NCBI GenBank assembly: GCA_037379345.1
Contig: CM074517.1
Location: forward strand, 4,092,001-4,156,000
Direction: 5' to 3'
Source: Perna viridis
Lineage: Eukaryota
Length of the DNA: 64,000 bases
Shown: positions 1 to 11,185 of the stretch, one piece after another
Layout of the letters: each line of letters begins with the position of its first letter
How positions within the stretch are numbered: position 1 is the stretch's first letter
Translations under genes and position numbers: made by a program
The notes under the pieces: generated by a model
Databases searched by the model: none
What the model saw: the letters and a program-made list of their open reading frames with translations, nothing else
Told to the model about the DNA's origin: nothing

Positions 1-3000
1 TATTGGGGGTCGGCGATATTCGGCCTGCCGAAATGACAGACAGACGGACGGACGAGGTGTCCGCTTGTTAAATTGGGGTATGTTGCACAAACAGTCGTTT
101 ACAACTGAATTGAATTCTATCGAGGCAAGCAGGTGTGACAACAGATAATGTTATTGTGTGTATTTTAAAAAATATATATACATCAAAATTATTTTTTTCA
201 TTTGATTCTTAAAATTATTTCCATTTATTTAAAAAATATATATTAAAGTAAACATTTTGTTGTTATAATAAATTTTCATTCATATTTTGTGAATTCAGTA
301 TGCCTTCATTTGATTTAAACATAAATATACTGTAACAGATCTTATTGAATACATGTAATCAATTTATCGGGTAATTGTAGAAAAAAAACTTGACAGCGAC
401 AAGATATGCTGAACTACCTCCGAATTCTGTTTACAGTCAACTTGCAATCTAAACTGACTGAAATACATGCACATTGTATATATCCATAAAAGTTATATTT
501 TACCCAATTCCAAAAGAAAATTTCCGTAGAATTAAAAGCTCCAGTAAACACCAATTAACCATGTCCGTATTCTATAATGTCATTTACTTGTTTTTGATAC
601 AGTTTTTTTTTATAAAGTCATCAAATAAAAGATGGCAAACTGCCAAATATGTTTGCAGATAATGGAAGTTGCTAGCTGACACTGTGCAAAGATAAAAGAA
701 GTCGCACGTGCTACCACACCAATCGAGTCACTTTCGCGATAAATGCAAGATGTTTATTAAACTCTCAATTTCCGAATTAATTCTATTAATTGCGTTTAAT
801 TACATCGGCTTTGTTTATTCTAAACACTTACATGTTTCACGCACTATGAAATATATTCTAAAGTGTTAGAAGAGCGTTCCCTTGGCGAGCATGCAGAACA
901 AAAAATCATGGTACATGGAAACCACTAAAAGAATAAAAGTATCACACACTTATTAGTAAGAATGTCTTGTGTCAAATATTGATCTACTTTTCTCTAAGAA
1001 TTGTTATAATATATACTGTATACCGAATAAACCAGTCATATGTGAAAGACCTCATTTATTTAAAGCATGGCAAAATCAGGGGGATGGTCATTTTACATTA
1101 AAGGGGGGGGGTGTCCTATCCAGATTTGTTTCACTCGGTACGTTGACATGTCAAGTCTATAAAAACATATGGTATTAAGAGCTTGTTTTATTTTAAAAGA
1201 CGATTCTTACCAAATGCCCATCATTTTGCTTTAAATAGATTAAATTCTCAATTATAAAGGGGATAAACACACTTAAATAAACATTAACAGTACCTACATG
1301 TGTATACATGTAATAACAAAATTATGTAACATATGTGACATGGTTATAATGATCTAAGTTTGAAGATTTATTTCAATGAAGAAAAAAATAAATGCATCCC
1401 CCACATCATTATTAACCTAGACCCCGCTTATTGGGTATTAAATATTGAAACCTATACAATATTTCAAATTTATATATACTACGTGAAAACTGAACGAATT
1501 TGTCTGTAAACATGTACTGTATTTACGGACATGTAGATGTAATCGGATTGTGCACTGTTTATATCGTCCATAAAATCATAACGAGGGCCATTCTCTATTC
1601 TTTTTTGTGTTCATATATCAAGTGTTTTATAAATATTTTTTTAAAATATTTTTTTTTCTGATCTTGGGTTTTGTATACCCCGCCAGGCGAAGTAGCGAGA
1701 TATTATGCGAATCAGATAACTGCTTTGAAAGTATGCATAGTATTTTAAGTGCCATGCAATACAGGGTAAGTTCGATATGCAATCAATTCAGTTCCATTTT
1801 TGAAGAGTTGGTGCATATTCCCGAAGACACCGATAAATCTTCATGCAATTGATATATAGGTACATGTATGTATGCAAATGATTAGCGGTTGAAGTAGCAT
1901 CAAGTATTTGTACTGGAATAAGCAGGAACGGTTGGTATCGGGCCAATATTTTTTGTTTGAACCGCACGCCGTGTGTATGCTCTTTTCGCTGTACAATCGA
2001 GGTTTGAGTGCTAAGCCACACCTCGATGTATATAGGTATACAATACATTATCATTCAAACGTGTACACGCAAATAATAGTAATATTTGCAAGTCAAAAAA
2101 AATAATCACCCTTAAATATCACACTGACAAGATTGTAACATGTTTAGCTATTTAAGTTAAAATTCGCATTTTGAACAGACTGATTACATTGCAAATCGAT
2201 TTTTGAGACTCACAATCTTACAAAATATTGGTGACTCTGAAATGCTATAATAGTATCTAAAATGTATCCCCAGGTAAACAATATATATGACCACCAAAGA
2301 CTGCTTTTTTACTCCTTTAAATATAATTATTTTTGTTTCGACAAGGATTTATATTTAATTCCTTGGTTTCGGAATAATCTATTCTACGCTACATTTAAAA
2401 AAAACTTGATTCACTACCAATAGAACGGTTGCAATCTGCAAGCACGAATCCAAGGACGACTGTACCGGGTGTACGCCCCTCCACCCAAAATTAAAAGTTT
2501 TTTTTGTTTGTATATCATATCTTTATTTTTTATAAATATTACCTCCAGATATTGGGTTTATTGTGATCTTGGGTTTAGGAGTAAGATCACGTGATGTTCT
2601 GTTTTTATGGTGTGACGTAATAGGCTGGAATGAAAACCAAGTTAACACAATATAACTTTATTAAAATAGATGTTTCTTGTATGGCGGCCGTTGTCCAAGT
2701 GGCCCGAATAATATAATCAAAACAATATGATAATGCATTAGAATAGGTTAATAGCTAACATTTATGCATAAATTAAACAATGGGGAATTTAACTCATATT
2801 TTGATAAAGTGGGGGAATTTAGCTCATATAATGTTATTAGACAGTGCCAAACAAATATTGTGAATTATGAAAACATGGGGCTTCTTTTACTTAAATGTAA
2901 CTACATGGTTGCCATAGAAACCAAAATGTAAACAATAATGATTGACATATCTAGATAAAGATTAAATTGAAACTGTCACTAAATTGACATAATAACTACT

Positions 3001-6000
3001 AAAAACATATATACAACGCGCTGTGATCTAAAGAAAAAGTTAGTAAATGAAATGCAAAGCGTGCAGCATAATTGAAATTCAAGTTACGCTTAATAAACTA
3101 TGTTGGTATTGAGCTGCTAAAAAGTATTACATAAGTACAGCTCATTTGTTTAATTTTACCTTTAAATGCCTATTTACGGCTGAATTCATAGCTATAAATG
3201 AAATGTAACTTTGCCGCTGTTTACAAAATAAAGTTTCAAGTGGAGATAACTCCTACAATATATCTTAAAACCAAAGCTTGAACTTGTTGCCAATAAATGC
3301 GCATGAACCATAGTAAGTATTGCAAAGTAAGTAATTGAGACAATGATTCAGTAGATTATTATAGAACTACATACACATAAGTACATGTTAAAATGTACAC
3401 ACACATATATGAACGCAAATAACAACTGATTGTCATGTGCTAATAAAGATATTCTATTCAGATAAAGTGTGCTAATTACTGCAAGTTAAAACACTTAAAA
3501 ATAAGTATCAAAATGTAATTTATACTAAGACATAAATATCTCGTATTAACTATTAAACATTCAAATTGTAATATACAAATTTACTACTTACCTGGAATGA
3601 AAACCAAGTTAACACAATATAACTTTATTAAAATAGATGTTTCTTGTATGGCGGCCGTTGTCCAAGTGGCCGAATTTACCAAACATAAAGTTATGTTTTC
3701 CCTCCAGGTGAGGCCCATTGAAGGAAAATAGCTATATACACAAAGAGCAAATATATTAAAACCCCTTATTGAACCTCTATGAAAAAATATGTGAAAAGCC
3801 ATTTCATGTCACCTAATCCACCTATGTTAAGTGCTAGGACGCAGTCCTTAATCCGGATATGCTATAATCTTATCCCTGATTTTGTATAGCCTTAATTATA
3901 CAGTTAATTATCAAGTCTTGGTATCTTACGTAAGATATTTACATACTTAAAACATGTTGGCACTACAGCATTATGTTTCTTTTTAAATATATGTTTATTA
4001 AAATACTTGTGAAACAATATTAAGTTTAGGTGACTGGCTTGGACATTACAATGTACAAACATGAAAAATATCAAATGAAACAATAAAGAAAATTTAGGTG
4101 ACTGGCTTGGACATTACAATGTACAAACATGAAAAATATCAAATGAAACAATAAAGAAAAATATATGCATATTATGTACAAGAAGGGATGATGGCTTGTT
4201 TTCCCTATCACAAATACTCCCCTCATTAAGGTTTCTTTGTCCTCAAAGAACAAAGCTAATTGTCAAATAAATAGTAAAATGACTGATCAAAACAACATTC
4301 ACATCCGATACCATCAGATGGCAAGTCACACGAAGAGGCAGAAGACCATGCCCAACGCATACAATGTTTATATATTGAGAACTTTAGCCAAAGAGGTACG
4401 TCTGTAAAAGATCTCCCTAGCTATGTGGTTGGTTTGTAAATTTTTTTTTTTTTATTTGACTACTTGGAAAAAGTTGTTATGCACTATCAATATATAACAA
4501 GTAAATGGTGACTTGAACATGTGTTTTAAGCATCTTGCTTTGATGGGATTTATTGAAATTAGATCAGGTACATGTAAGGTGTGTTTAGTGTGTGTATTTA
4601 TAATGTTGAGGCCTGACAATTGAATGTGTAATCTGGTGAAGATGGTGCCGGAGATTCTCATGTTAGAAATATTGTGTGGATTTGATATTTCCCAGTCTTG
4701 TGGACATAAAGGTAGATCTATAAGTGGAACAGTTATACAGTGTATACCATTACTGATCTCTAACAAAACTTTGGTACAATGTTTGGTGCAAAATTGTTTG
4801 TAAAAATAGTGAATAACACCAAAAAATGCAATAATGGTGAAAGCTGACATTGTGATGGAAGACCATTGATAGATGTGTGGTGTGAATGAAATTTGAATGC
4901 TTTCTGTGGTTGTCAGTGGTGAAAACTTGTAATGAAATGTTGGTGGTGTTTGAGGAGTAACAAAAGCATGTGTTGATGGTACTTTTTGCAGTAAGACTAA
5001 TGCAGCTGTTAGTGCTCTAACCTTGTTAAACAGAATGACACAGCTAACACTTACTAAAAGTGATAAGCCTAGAGCAGCAATTGAAAAAATGCCATCTAGA
5101 CTTGGCCATGAGTCATTAACATCTATGTCACCTTCCAGCAGAGGCTCTGACAAAGATGTAAATACTTTTCTATCTTGCTTTACTGCTGTGGCAATTCTTT
5201 TTAAACTTAAATGCAATTTACTGTCTTGTGCCAGCATGGATGAAAATGAGTGGTTGTATAACTGAATGTTTGGAAGTGAGATGTCTACTGGCTGTGTAAA
5301 AGTTGTATCTCCTAAAATGGAGTTGTAAGTGTCTGATGAAAAGAAGTGTTGTATTAACGCAAGGTTTACAGGGTGTACAATAGTTATTTTATCTGTGTGA
5401 TTCTGACATTTTCCAATTTTAGCAGGAATAAACAATAAATCAGTTTTGACAGAGCATAAACATGGAACCTGTACAAGGCAAAATGCACATCCCTTGTTTA
5501 TTTGGTGTCCTGAGGGACAATCGAATGAAATAGTTTTTGTTTGATAAACTAACAACATGTCAGAGGTTAATTCTTGTACCTCAGGTTGTATTGTATTTGT
5601 AATGAATCTGAAGTCGCATTCTGAATGTACTTTTTGTTTGTCATTGTACAGTAATGCAATTGAACAAGTGGGTGCAACCGAAGATAAAAGTGGAAATGAA
5701 TTTTTGCAAAGTAATGTTTCTGATCCTTCACATGATTTAACATAGTTGTTTGTGAGCTCTGCAAATTGTCTGTTGTCTGATGAAATTATCAAGTATTCTG
5801 GAAGATTTAAAAGCTGTGTGGCATGATTGCTTGAAGTGTTTATAGGTACAGGGTATGTATGTATTTTGTATAATGTAAGCGGTGTTAAAAAGGTTGATAT
5901 AGGAAATTTGATACTGATGAATAAAAAGTTGTGATGTCGTGCATATAGGATGTTCGCATGTGCATAGTAAAAAGATGGATCTGTGCTTGCTAGAAAAAAT

Positions 6001-9000
6001 CCCTTGTACTTAGAATTCAAAATATTTTGAATATGTTGTAAGGTCATCTTTAGAATATGTGGCTTTAACAAAAATGGTGACAATTTTCCCTTAATTAATT
6101 CGTGTATTGCCAACTTGAGTTCTTCTAAATATTTGTTAATTTCTGTTGTTTCATTCATTTGCTTAATCAGAAAGTTTGACAGTTTCATGTTAATTCGTTC
6201 GAAATGGGCAACGAATTTAGCTGTTTCTTTTGTAATATTCTTAATACCTTCATAGTTGTTTTCAATACCTTTGATTACATTGTCAAACCTATCATTTGTT
6301 TTTTCCATGAATGAGGACAATAATTCATCATGATGTATAAGGTCTTTTGCAAAAGCATTGTTCTTATGGATCAAAATGTTTATGTGTTTAGCCAATCGGT
6401 TGACATCATCTACGGTTGCTGTGCCGAATAGAGATTTTGAAATGGATCCTATAAAATCAAACAATCCACGGCGAGTTCTAGATTCAGTGTCAGATTTAAT
6501 TGTCACATCTGTATGCTTTAACATGTTATGCACCATGTCCACTGTTTGGTTTAAATTTGTCGATACTTGTGTCCTTATCGCTGATAACTGTGACACTACT
6601 TGATTTAAGATGAAACAATTGCTATGTATAATATCACACTGTTTAAATACTTCATGTCCTTGTTTTCTTGGTAAGGGTATTTTAAAAGTATGAGTCCAAT
6701 ATTCACAGCTGGGTAGTAGTTTAGCTTGTTTGGTAAAGAACACTCCATAGTTAATACGTTGTAAGCTCTCTCTGTCTGTTGACATACCCTCGACCATACT
6801 TATTATCATGAGAAGGCAGGCAAATCTTAGTACTCCTATTGAAAACAAAGATGAAGAAATTTTAAGACGGCAGTGTTTATCGTTTAAGGGAGGATCCATT
6901 CCCTAATAGCACTATGTAACATGAGAACGAGCTCATAATTTTGACAAACACTACACTAGAAATCATAGAAGAGAAAAATGTAAGAAGAGTACATAGGAAG
7001 TGCCTTACAATCTCACATCTAACTTGTAGATCAAATCAGGCATAGATGAGCAATCAAAAATGAAGTGAAGTTGTTTGCAATTGTTAAATGCAAAATGCTT
7101 TAATGTAAAATGAAAACACTTGAAAGTGAAATGCAAAACACTGTAGTGTGAATTATGAAAACATGGGGCTTCTTTTACTTAAATGTAACTACATGGTTGC
7201 CATAGAAACCAAAATGTAAACAATAATGATTGACATATCTAGATAAAGATTAAATTGAAACTGTCACTAAATTGACATAATAACTACTAAAAACATATAT
7301 ACAACGCGCTGTGATCTAAAGAAAAAGTTAGTAAATGAAATGCAAAGCGTGCAGCATAATTGAAATTCAAGTTACGCTTAATAAACTATGTTGGTATTGA
7401 GCTGCTAAAAAGTATTACATAAGTACAGCTCATTTGTTTAATTTTACCTTTAAATGCCTATTTACGGCTGAATTCATAGCTATAAATGAAATGTAACTTT
7501 GCCGCTGTTTACAAAATAAAGTTTCAAGTGGAGATAACTCCTACAATATATCTTAAAACCAAAGCTTGAACTTGTTGCCAATAAATGCGCATGAACCATA
7601 GTAAGTATTGCAAAGTAAGTAATTGAGACAATGATTCAGTAGATTATTATAGAACTACATACACATAAGTACATGTTAAAATGTACACACACATATATGA
7701 ACGCAAATAACAACTGATTGTCATGTGCTAATAAAGATATTCTATTCAGATAAAGTGCGCTAATTACTGCAAGTTAAAACACTTAAAAATAAGTATCAAA
7801 ATGTAATTTATACTAAGACATAAATATCTCGTATTAACTATTAAACATTCAAATTGTAATATACAAATTTACTACTTACCTGGAATGAAAACCAAGTTAA
7901 CACAATATAACTTTATTAAAATAGATGTTTCTTGTATGGCGGCCGTTGTCCAAGTGGCCGAATTTACCAAACATAAAGTTATGTTTTCCCTCCAGGTGAG
8001 GCCCATTGAAGGAAAATAGCTATATACACAAAGAGCAAATATATTAAAACCCCTTATTGAACCTCTATGAAAAAATATGTGAAAAGCCATTTCATGTCAC
8101 CTAATCCACCTATGTTAAGTGCTAGGACGCAGTCCTTAATCCGGATATGCTATAATCTTATCCCTGATTTTGTATAGCCTTAATTATACAGTTAATTATC
8201 AAGTCTTGGTATCTTACGTAAGATATTTACATACTTAAAACATGTTGGCACTACAGCATTATGTTTCTTTTTAAATATATGTTTATTAAAATACTTGTGA
8301 AACAATATTAAGTTTAGGTGACTGGCTTGGACATTACAATGTACAAACATGAAAAATATCAAATGAAACAATAAAGAAAAATATATGCATATTATGTACA
8401 AGAAGGGATGATGGCTTGTTTTCCCTATCACATTATACAAACTAGAAGTACCAAAATAATATAATTTGAAAAACGTTAACGCGAAATGAAACTATGATCC
8501 ATTAAGGCCTTAATGACCTTTGTTCCCCATTTTTTAATCTCATGTATATATTATCAAAAGTATGAATAATAGTATGAAGTACAAAAAAAGAAAAAAAAAT
8601 AGCATACATGTAAAACAAACAAAAAGGCGTTTTCGGCAATTGGGGAAGGGGTACACAAGCTTTTTTCCTGCAATCCAGACAGTTAATGTCACAATATTTA
8701 AATGGATAGAACTCCTCTAATAATTTGTACCACAGTATTAAACTCATCAAAAAGTAATTTATTGACCCTATTATCCTTGTATCCCACCCCGTTTTTTATT
8801 TGTTTTCATTTCATCATAATTTCATGTTTATTTTATCATTCATTTTATGTTCATCGCTTGGATTTCTTAAAGTTTATATTTAATTGCACATCTTTAAATG
8901 ACAAAAGATTATCTGAAAGCGAATTGTTCGAAATCAACTTAATAACGTGAAATTTTATAAGATGTTACTAAGACAGGATTTATAAAGGGTTAATCTTATC

Positions 9001-9779
9001 CGTGCACCGACAGTTTATACCAGCATCAATTAAATCTAAGCGTGTAGTTTACACACTTTAAGTAAAAGTGGCTAACTATCAAAATCACTACATATTCCGT
9101 CCATCTGTAAAATAGAAAAAAAATAACATACATGTATATGTTATTATATTATATACTTTACAGGGATTTAAAAAAAATGATAAAATCCACGAGATACATA
9201 TATGAGTTGTTCCTTTGCTGAATGAGAAACTTTTACTGCTATAAAAAAAAAGTTTTGTTGCGCAACGGAAAATACCAACAAAAATATGCATTGTTTTTGT
9301 AAAGTTGTAGTTCCCCAAACTTGTGGCGTGTTTGTGCATATCACACATACAAAGCCTAATTTGAATTGCCTTTTAATGTTTTTTTCCAAAATCGTTGACA
9401 TTTGGGTAGAACAGCACAGCGGCTCATCCCTATCACATCGGAAGTTACTCCCCAAAGAAAACCTCGAGGTTGAAGACTCCGATTTTTCAACAAGCCATAC
9501 GTGATTAAGAACAGGGTGTTTAGTTCATTTATGTAATTAATAGGTAGTGCCCTGGAGGGTCAATCAATCGGCACGTAGTGTGTGCTCGCTGTGTGTATGT
9601 ATTTGAACGTTTACAGCTAACCTGTCGGGTCTGTCAATAAACATAATATATAGGTATACATAGTGAAGAATGCTGTTCGAGTCGTGCGTAACAATGCTTT
9701 TCCTCTACAGCTTGCCGAAGAAGTTTGCTGTGAAACTAACATAGCTGTACACAGCACATGTGGTTGCACTGCAGGATAA
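1..9779 (+). CDS. Putative 3' end of an unidentified spliced gene (exons ~1-77, 1687-1730, 9711-9779) ending in a Cys-rich tail
   Basis: Phase-compatible GT/AG exons join to ...IGGRRYSACRNDRQTDGRGVRLLNWG/EVARYYANQITALK/LAEEVCCETNIAVHSTCGCTAG*. Acceptors are clean (ccgccag at 1686, tcctctacag at 9710). An alternative donor exists at 1765. No family recognised. Confidence 0.4.
2611..2709 (-). repeat. Third copy of the LTR poly(A)-signal segment plus an alternative TCACA terminus
   Basis: 2625-2709 matches 3592-3675 and 7880-7963 with a 1-nt insertion. On the minus strand it continues CCTATTACGTCACA instead of GTAAGT. Confidence 0.85.
2859..4212 (-). repeat. 3' LTR (1354 bp, includes 68-bp tandem duplication 4025-4092/4093-4160)
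   Basis: By eye it matches 7147-8432 except one substitution (3470 T vs 7758 C) and the 68-bp duplication. Confidence 0.9.
4213..4226 (-). promoter_or_regulatory. Polypurine tract (plus-strand primer site)
   Basis: Minus strand reads ATGAGGGGAGTATT immediately before TGTGATAGGG of the 3' LTR, the canonical PPT position. Confidence 0.65.
4452..6899 (-). CDS. env: Envelope fusion glycoprotein, baculovirus F / errantivirus Env-like (class I), 815 aa, intronless
   Basis: N-terminal hydrophobic signal (aa ~15-38). Furin site RTRR (141-144) followed by fusion peptide GLFDFIGSISKSLFGTA. Heptad-like helical region, Cys-rich ectodomain with several N-x-S/T sequons, TM at aa ~603-624 and a second TM at ~679-700. 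Confidence 0.85.
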   Translation of the reverse strand: MDPPLNDKHCRLKISSSLFSIGVLRFACLLMIISMVEGMSTDRESLQRINYGVFFTKQAKLLPSCEYWTHTFKIPLPRKQGHEVFKQCDIIHSNCFILNQVVSQLSAIRTQVSTNLNQTVDMVHNMLKHTDVTIKSDTESRTRRGLFDFIGSISKSLFGTATVDDVNRLAKHINILIHKNNAFAKDLIHHDELLSSFMEKTNDRFDNVIKGIENNYEGIKNITKETAKFVAHFERINMKLSNFLIKQMNETTEINKYLEELKLAIHELIKGKLSPFLLKPHILKMTLQHIQNILNSKYKGFFLASTDPSFYYAHANILYARHHNFLFISIKFPISTFLTPLTLYKIHTYPVPINTSSNHATQLLNLPEYLIISSDNRQFAELTNNYVKSCEGSETLLCKNSFPLLSSVAPTCSIALLYNDKQKVHSECDFRFITNTIQPEVQELTSDMLLVYQTKTISFDCPSGHQINKGCAFCLVQVPCLCSVKTDLLFIPAKIGKCQNHTDKITIVHPVNLALIQHFFSSDTYNSILGDTTFTQPVDISLPNIQLYNHSFSSMLAQDSKLHLSLKRIATAVKQDRKVFTSLSEPLLEGDIDVNDSWPSLDGIFSIAALGLSLLVSVSCVILFNKVRALTAALVLLQKVPSTHAFVTPQTPPTFHYKFSPLTTTESIQISFTPHIYQWSSITMSAFTIIAFFGVIHYFYKQFCTKHCTKVLLEISNGIHCITVPLIDLPLCPQDWEISNPHNISNMRISGTIFTRLHIQLSGLNIINTHTKHTLHVPDLISINPIKARCLKHMFKSPFTCYILIVHNNFFQVVK
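7147..8432 (-). repeat. 5' LTR (1286 bp)
   Basis: Direct repeat of 2859-4212. The minus strand has a TATATA-like box (~8021-8026), AATAAA (7912-7917) and a CAG|GTAAGT donor (7880/7879). Confidence 0.9.
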
Positions 9780-11185
9780 GAAACTGATGGACGCTGTAAA
9801 CTGCTACCACAGTGGAGACGATCATGGGCTTCTGTTAAATCGAATTAAGTGGTTTTTTTGTTTCTTGTTTTGGTTGTTTTTTTCTTCTTTTTTATTTTAT
9901 ATTCATAAAACTTGAAATAACATGTAATTGATTAATAACTCCTATAATGTTTGCTCCTCAGCTAGTGAGTTTTTGTGGAAAGCAATGGATACTAACAAAA
10001 CACTTTAGACCAACAAATTTCCGTAAACACGACAATTCTTATGTATACCATCATACATGTTGTGTCACTCATCTAATTTCCCCTTTTATTCTTAAAATGA
10101 AATTTGTCGTTGTGAAAAGCTAGGATTTAAGAATTATTAAATAGTATTCGCTTGAGAATATATGCATGTACAATGTACCTATTGACCATAGAGTAGTGAC
10201 CTCAAGTAGTAAAGCTATACAATGTATTATAGACAGTCCTTGACACAGTCCTATAAGATGAAGAGGTATTGCGGTTACTGAAGTACGTGTTAACAAAATT
10301 ATTTTTTAAGTAAAACTGAAATATTTGTTTGAGAATATACTTTGTAAAGTTAATTTCAGACGTTAAATTGTAATTATAAGGTCATCCAGATTTCCTTTTT
10401 ACAGTTTGGTAGAACATTACAATTTTCTTTAGTATCGCAGAATCATAGATTTGTAACTATAGGTCTATGGCACTACCCGTGGAGACATGTAATGCAGTAG
10501 GTAGCTGTCGAATACTAGTAAATAAAATCATTAGAAACAACGTGTGCATGCAAAAATCTATAGAATGTATAAGAGTCATAAAATTTTTCCAGTCTTGTAT
10601 GATATCGATTTTTTTCTTCGAAAGATCACCCATCAGTTAGGAATCTATGGACCCGACCGCCGTTGACACACATTTAATGTGCACAATGTATTCGTAATAG
10701 ATAAATAAGCTAAAATGCCCACGTACAGTACTAGTGTACAGCCGAATCTGTTCGACTCTGCTTAAAAATATGACATACAGGAAATCGGAATTTCATATGG
10801 TTGTCTTACTGTAAAAAAAACAAAAACAAAAAAAACCAAAAAAAACCAAAAAAACAATACACATCCAAAAATACAGCATCAACCTTTCTATCTACTGGCC
10901 CGAGACAATTAAGCAATGACACCAGTATTTTAAAATCTAGCAAGTGATATTATAATTATATAAGAGGATGGAATTCCACATTCGTCTATTCTCTGCTCTC
11001 ATGCGTATAGTTTCCAAGTTACAACATTTATTCCTTGAGAAATACCCGTTAACTACGCGGCTCCTATAAAATTGTTTTAATTTCCAACGGCATAAAGTCT
11101 GTACTTTTCTGTAGTGGTGGTATCTATATTTCAAAAATTCCTGTTGTACATTGAATCCAACACCTTTTCACGTTTTAATTTTACA

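Larger units (their letters stand above)
2859..8432 (-). mobile_element. Non-autonomous LTR retroelement carrying only an env-like gene (LTR-env-LTR)
   Basis: Direct repeats at 2859-4212 and 7147-8432, each TGTGA...TCACA. Purine tract GAGGGGAG on the minus strand sits next to the downstream LTR. The 2934-bp interior is almost entirely one 2448-bp ORF. Flanks are ATAT/TTAT, an imperfect 4-bp TSD. Confidence 0.85.

Noticed and set aside
4301-4312. TGGTATCGGATG (minus strand) resembling a tRNA-Met PBS
   Set aside because: The match is short and lies near the 3' LTR/PPT rather than after the 5' LTR.
4441-4453. A-run right after the env stop, suggesting a retroposed mRNA tail
   Set aside because: It is only 11-13 nt in a genome full of homopolymers. 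The internal sequence and PPT continue normally after it, and there is no TSD.
5023-6603. Short + strand ORFs overlapping env
   Set aside because: Antisense shadows of the env reading frame with no independent support.
7872-8090. Identical 72-aa ORFs at 3584-3802 and 7872-8090 (-)
   Set aside because: They are identical only because they lie in the two LTRs. Splicing from the donor at their end to either nearby acceptor does not put them in frame with env.
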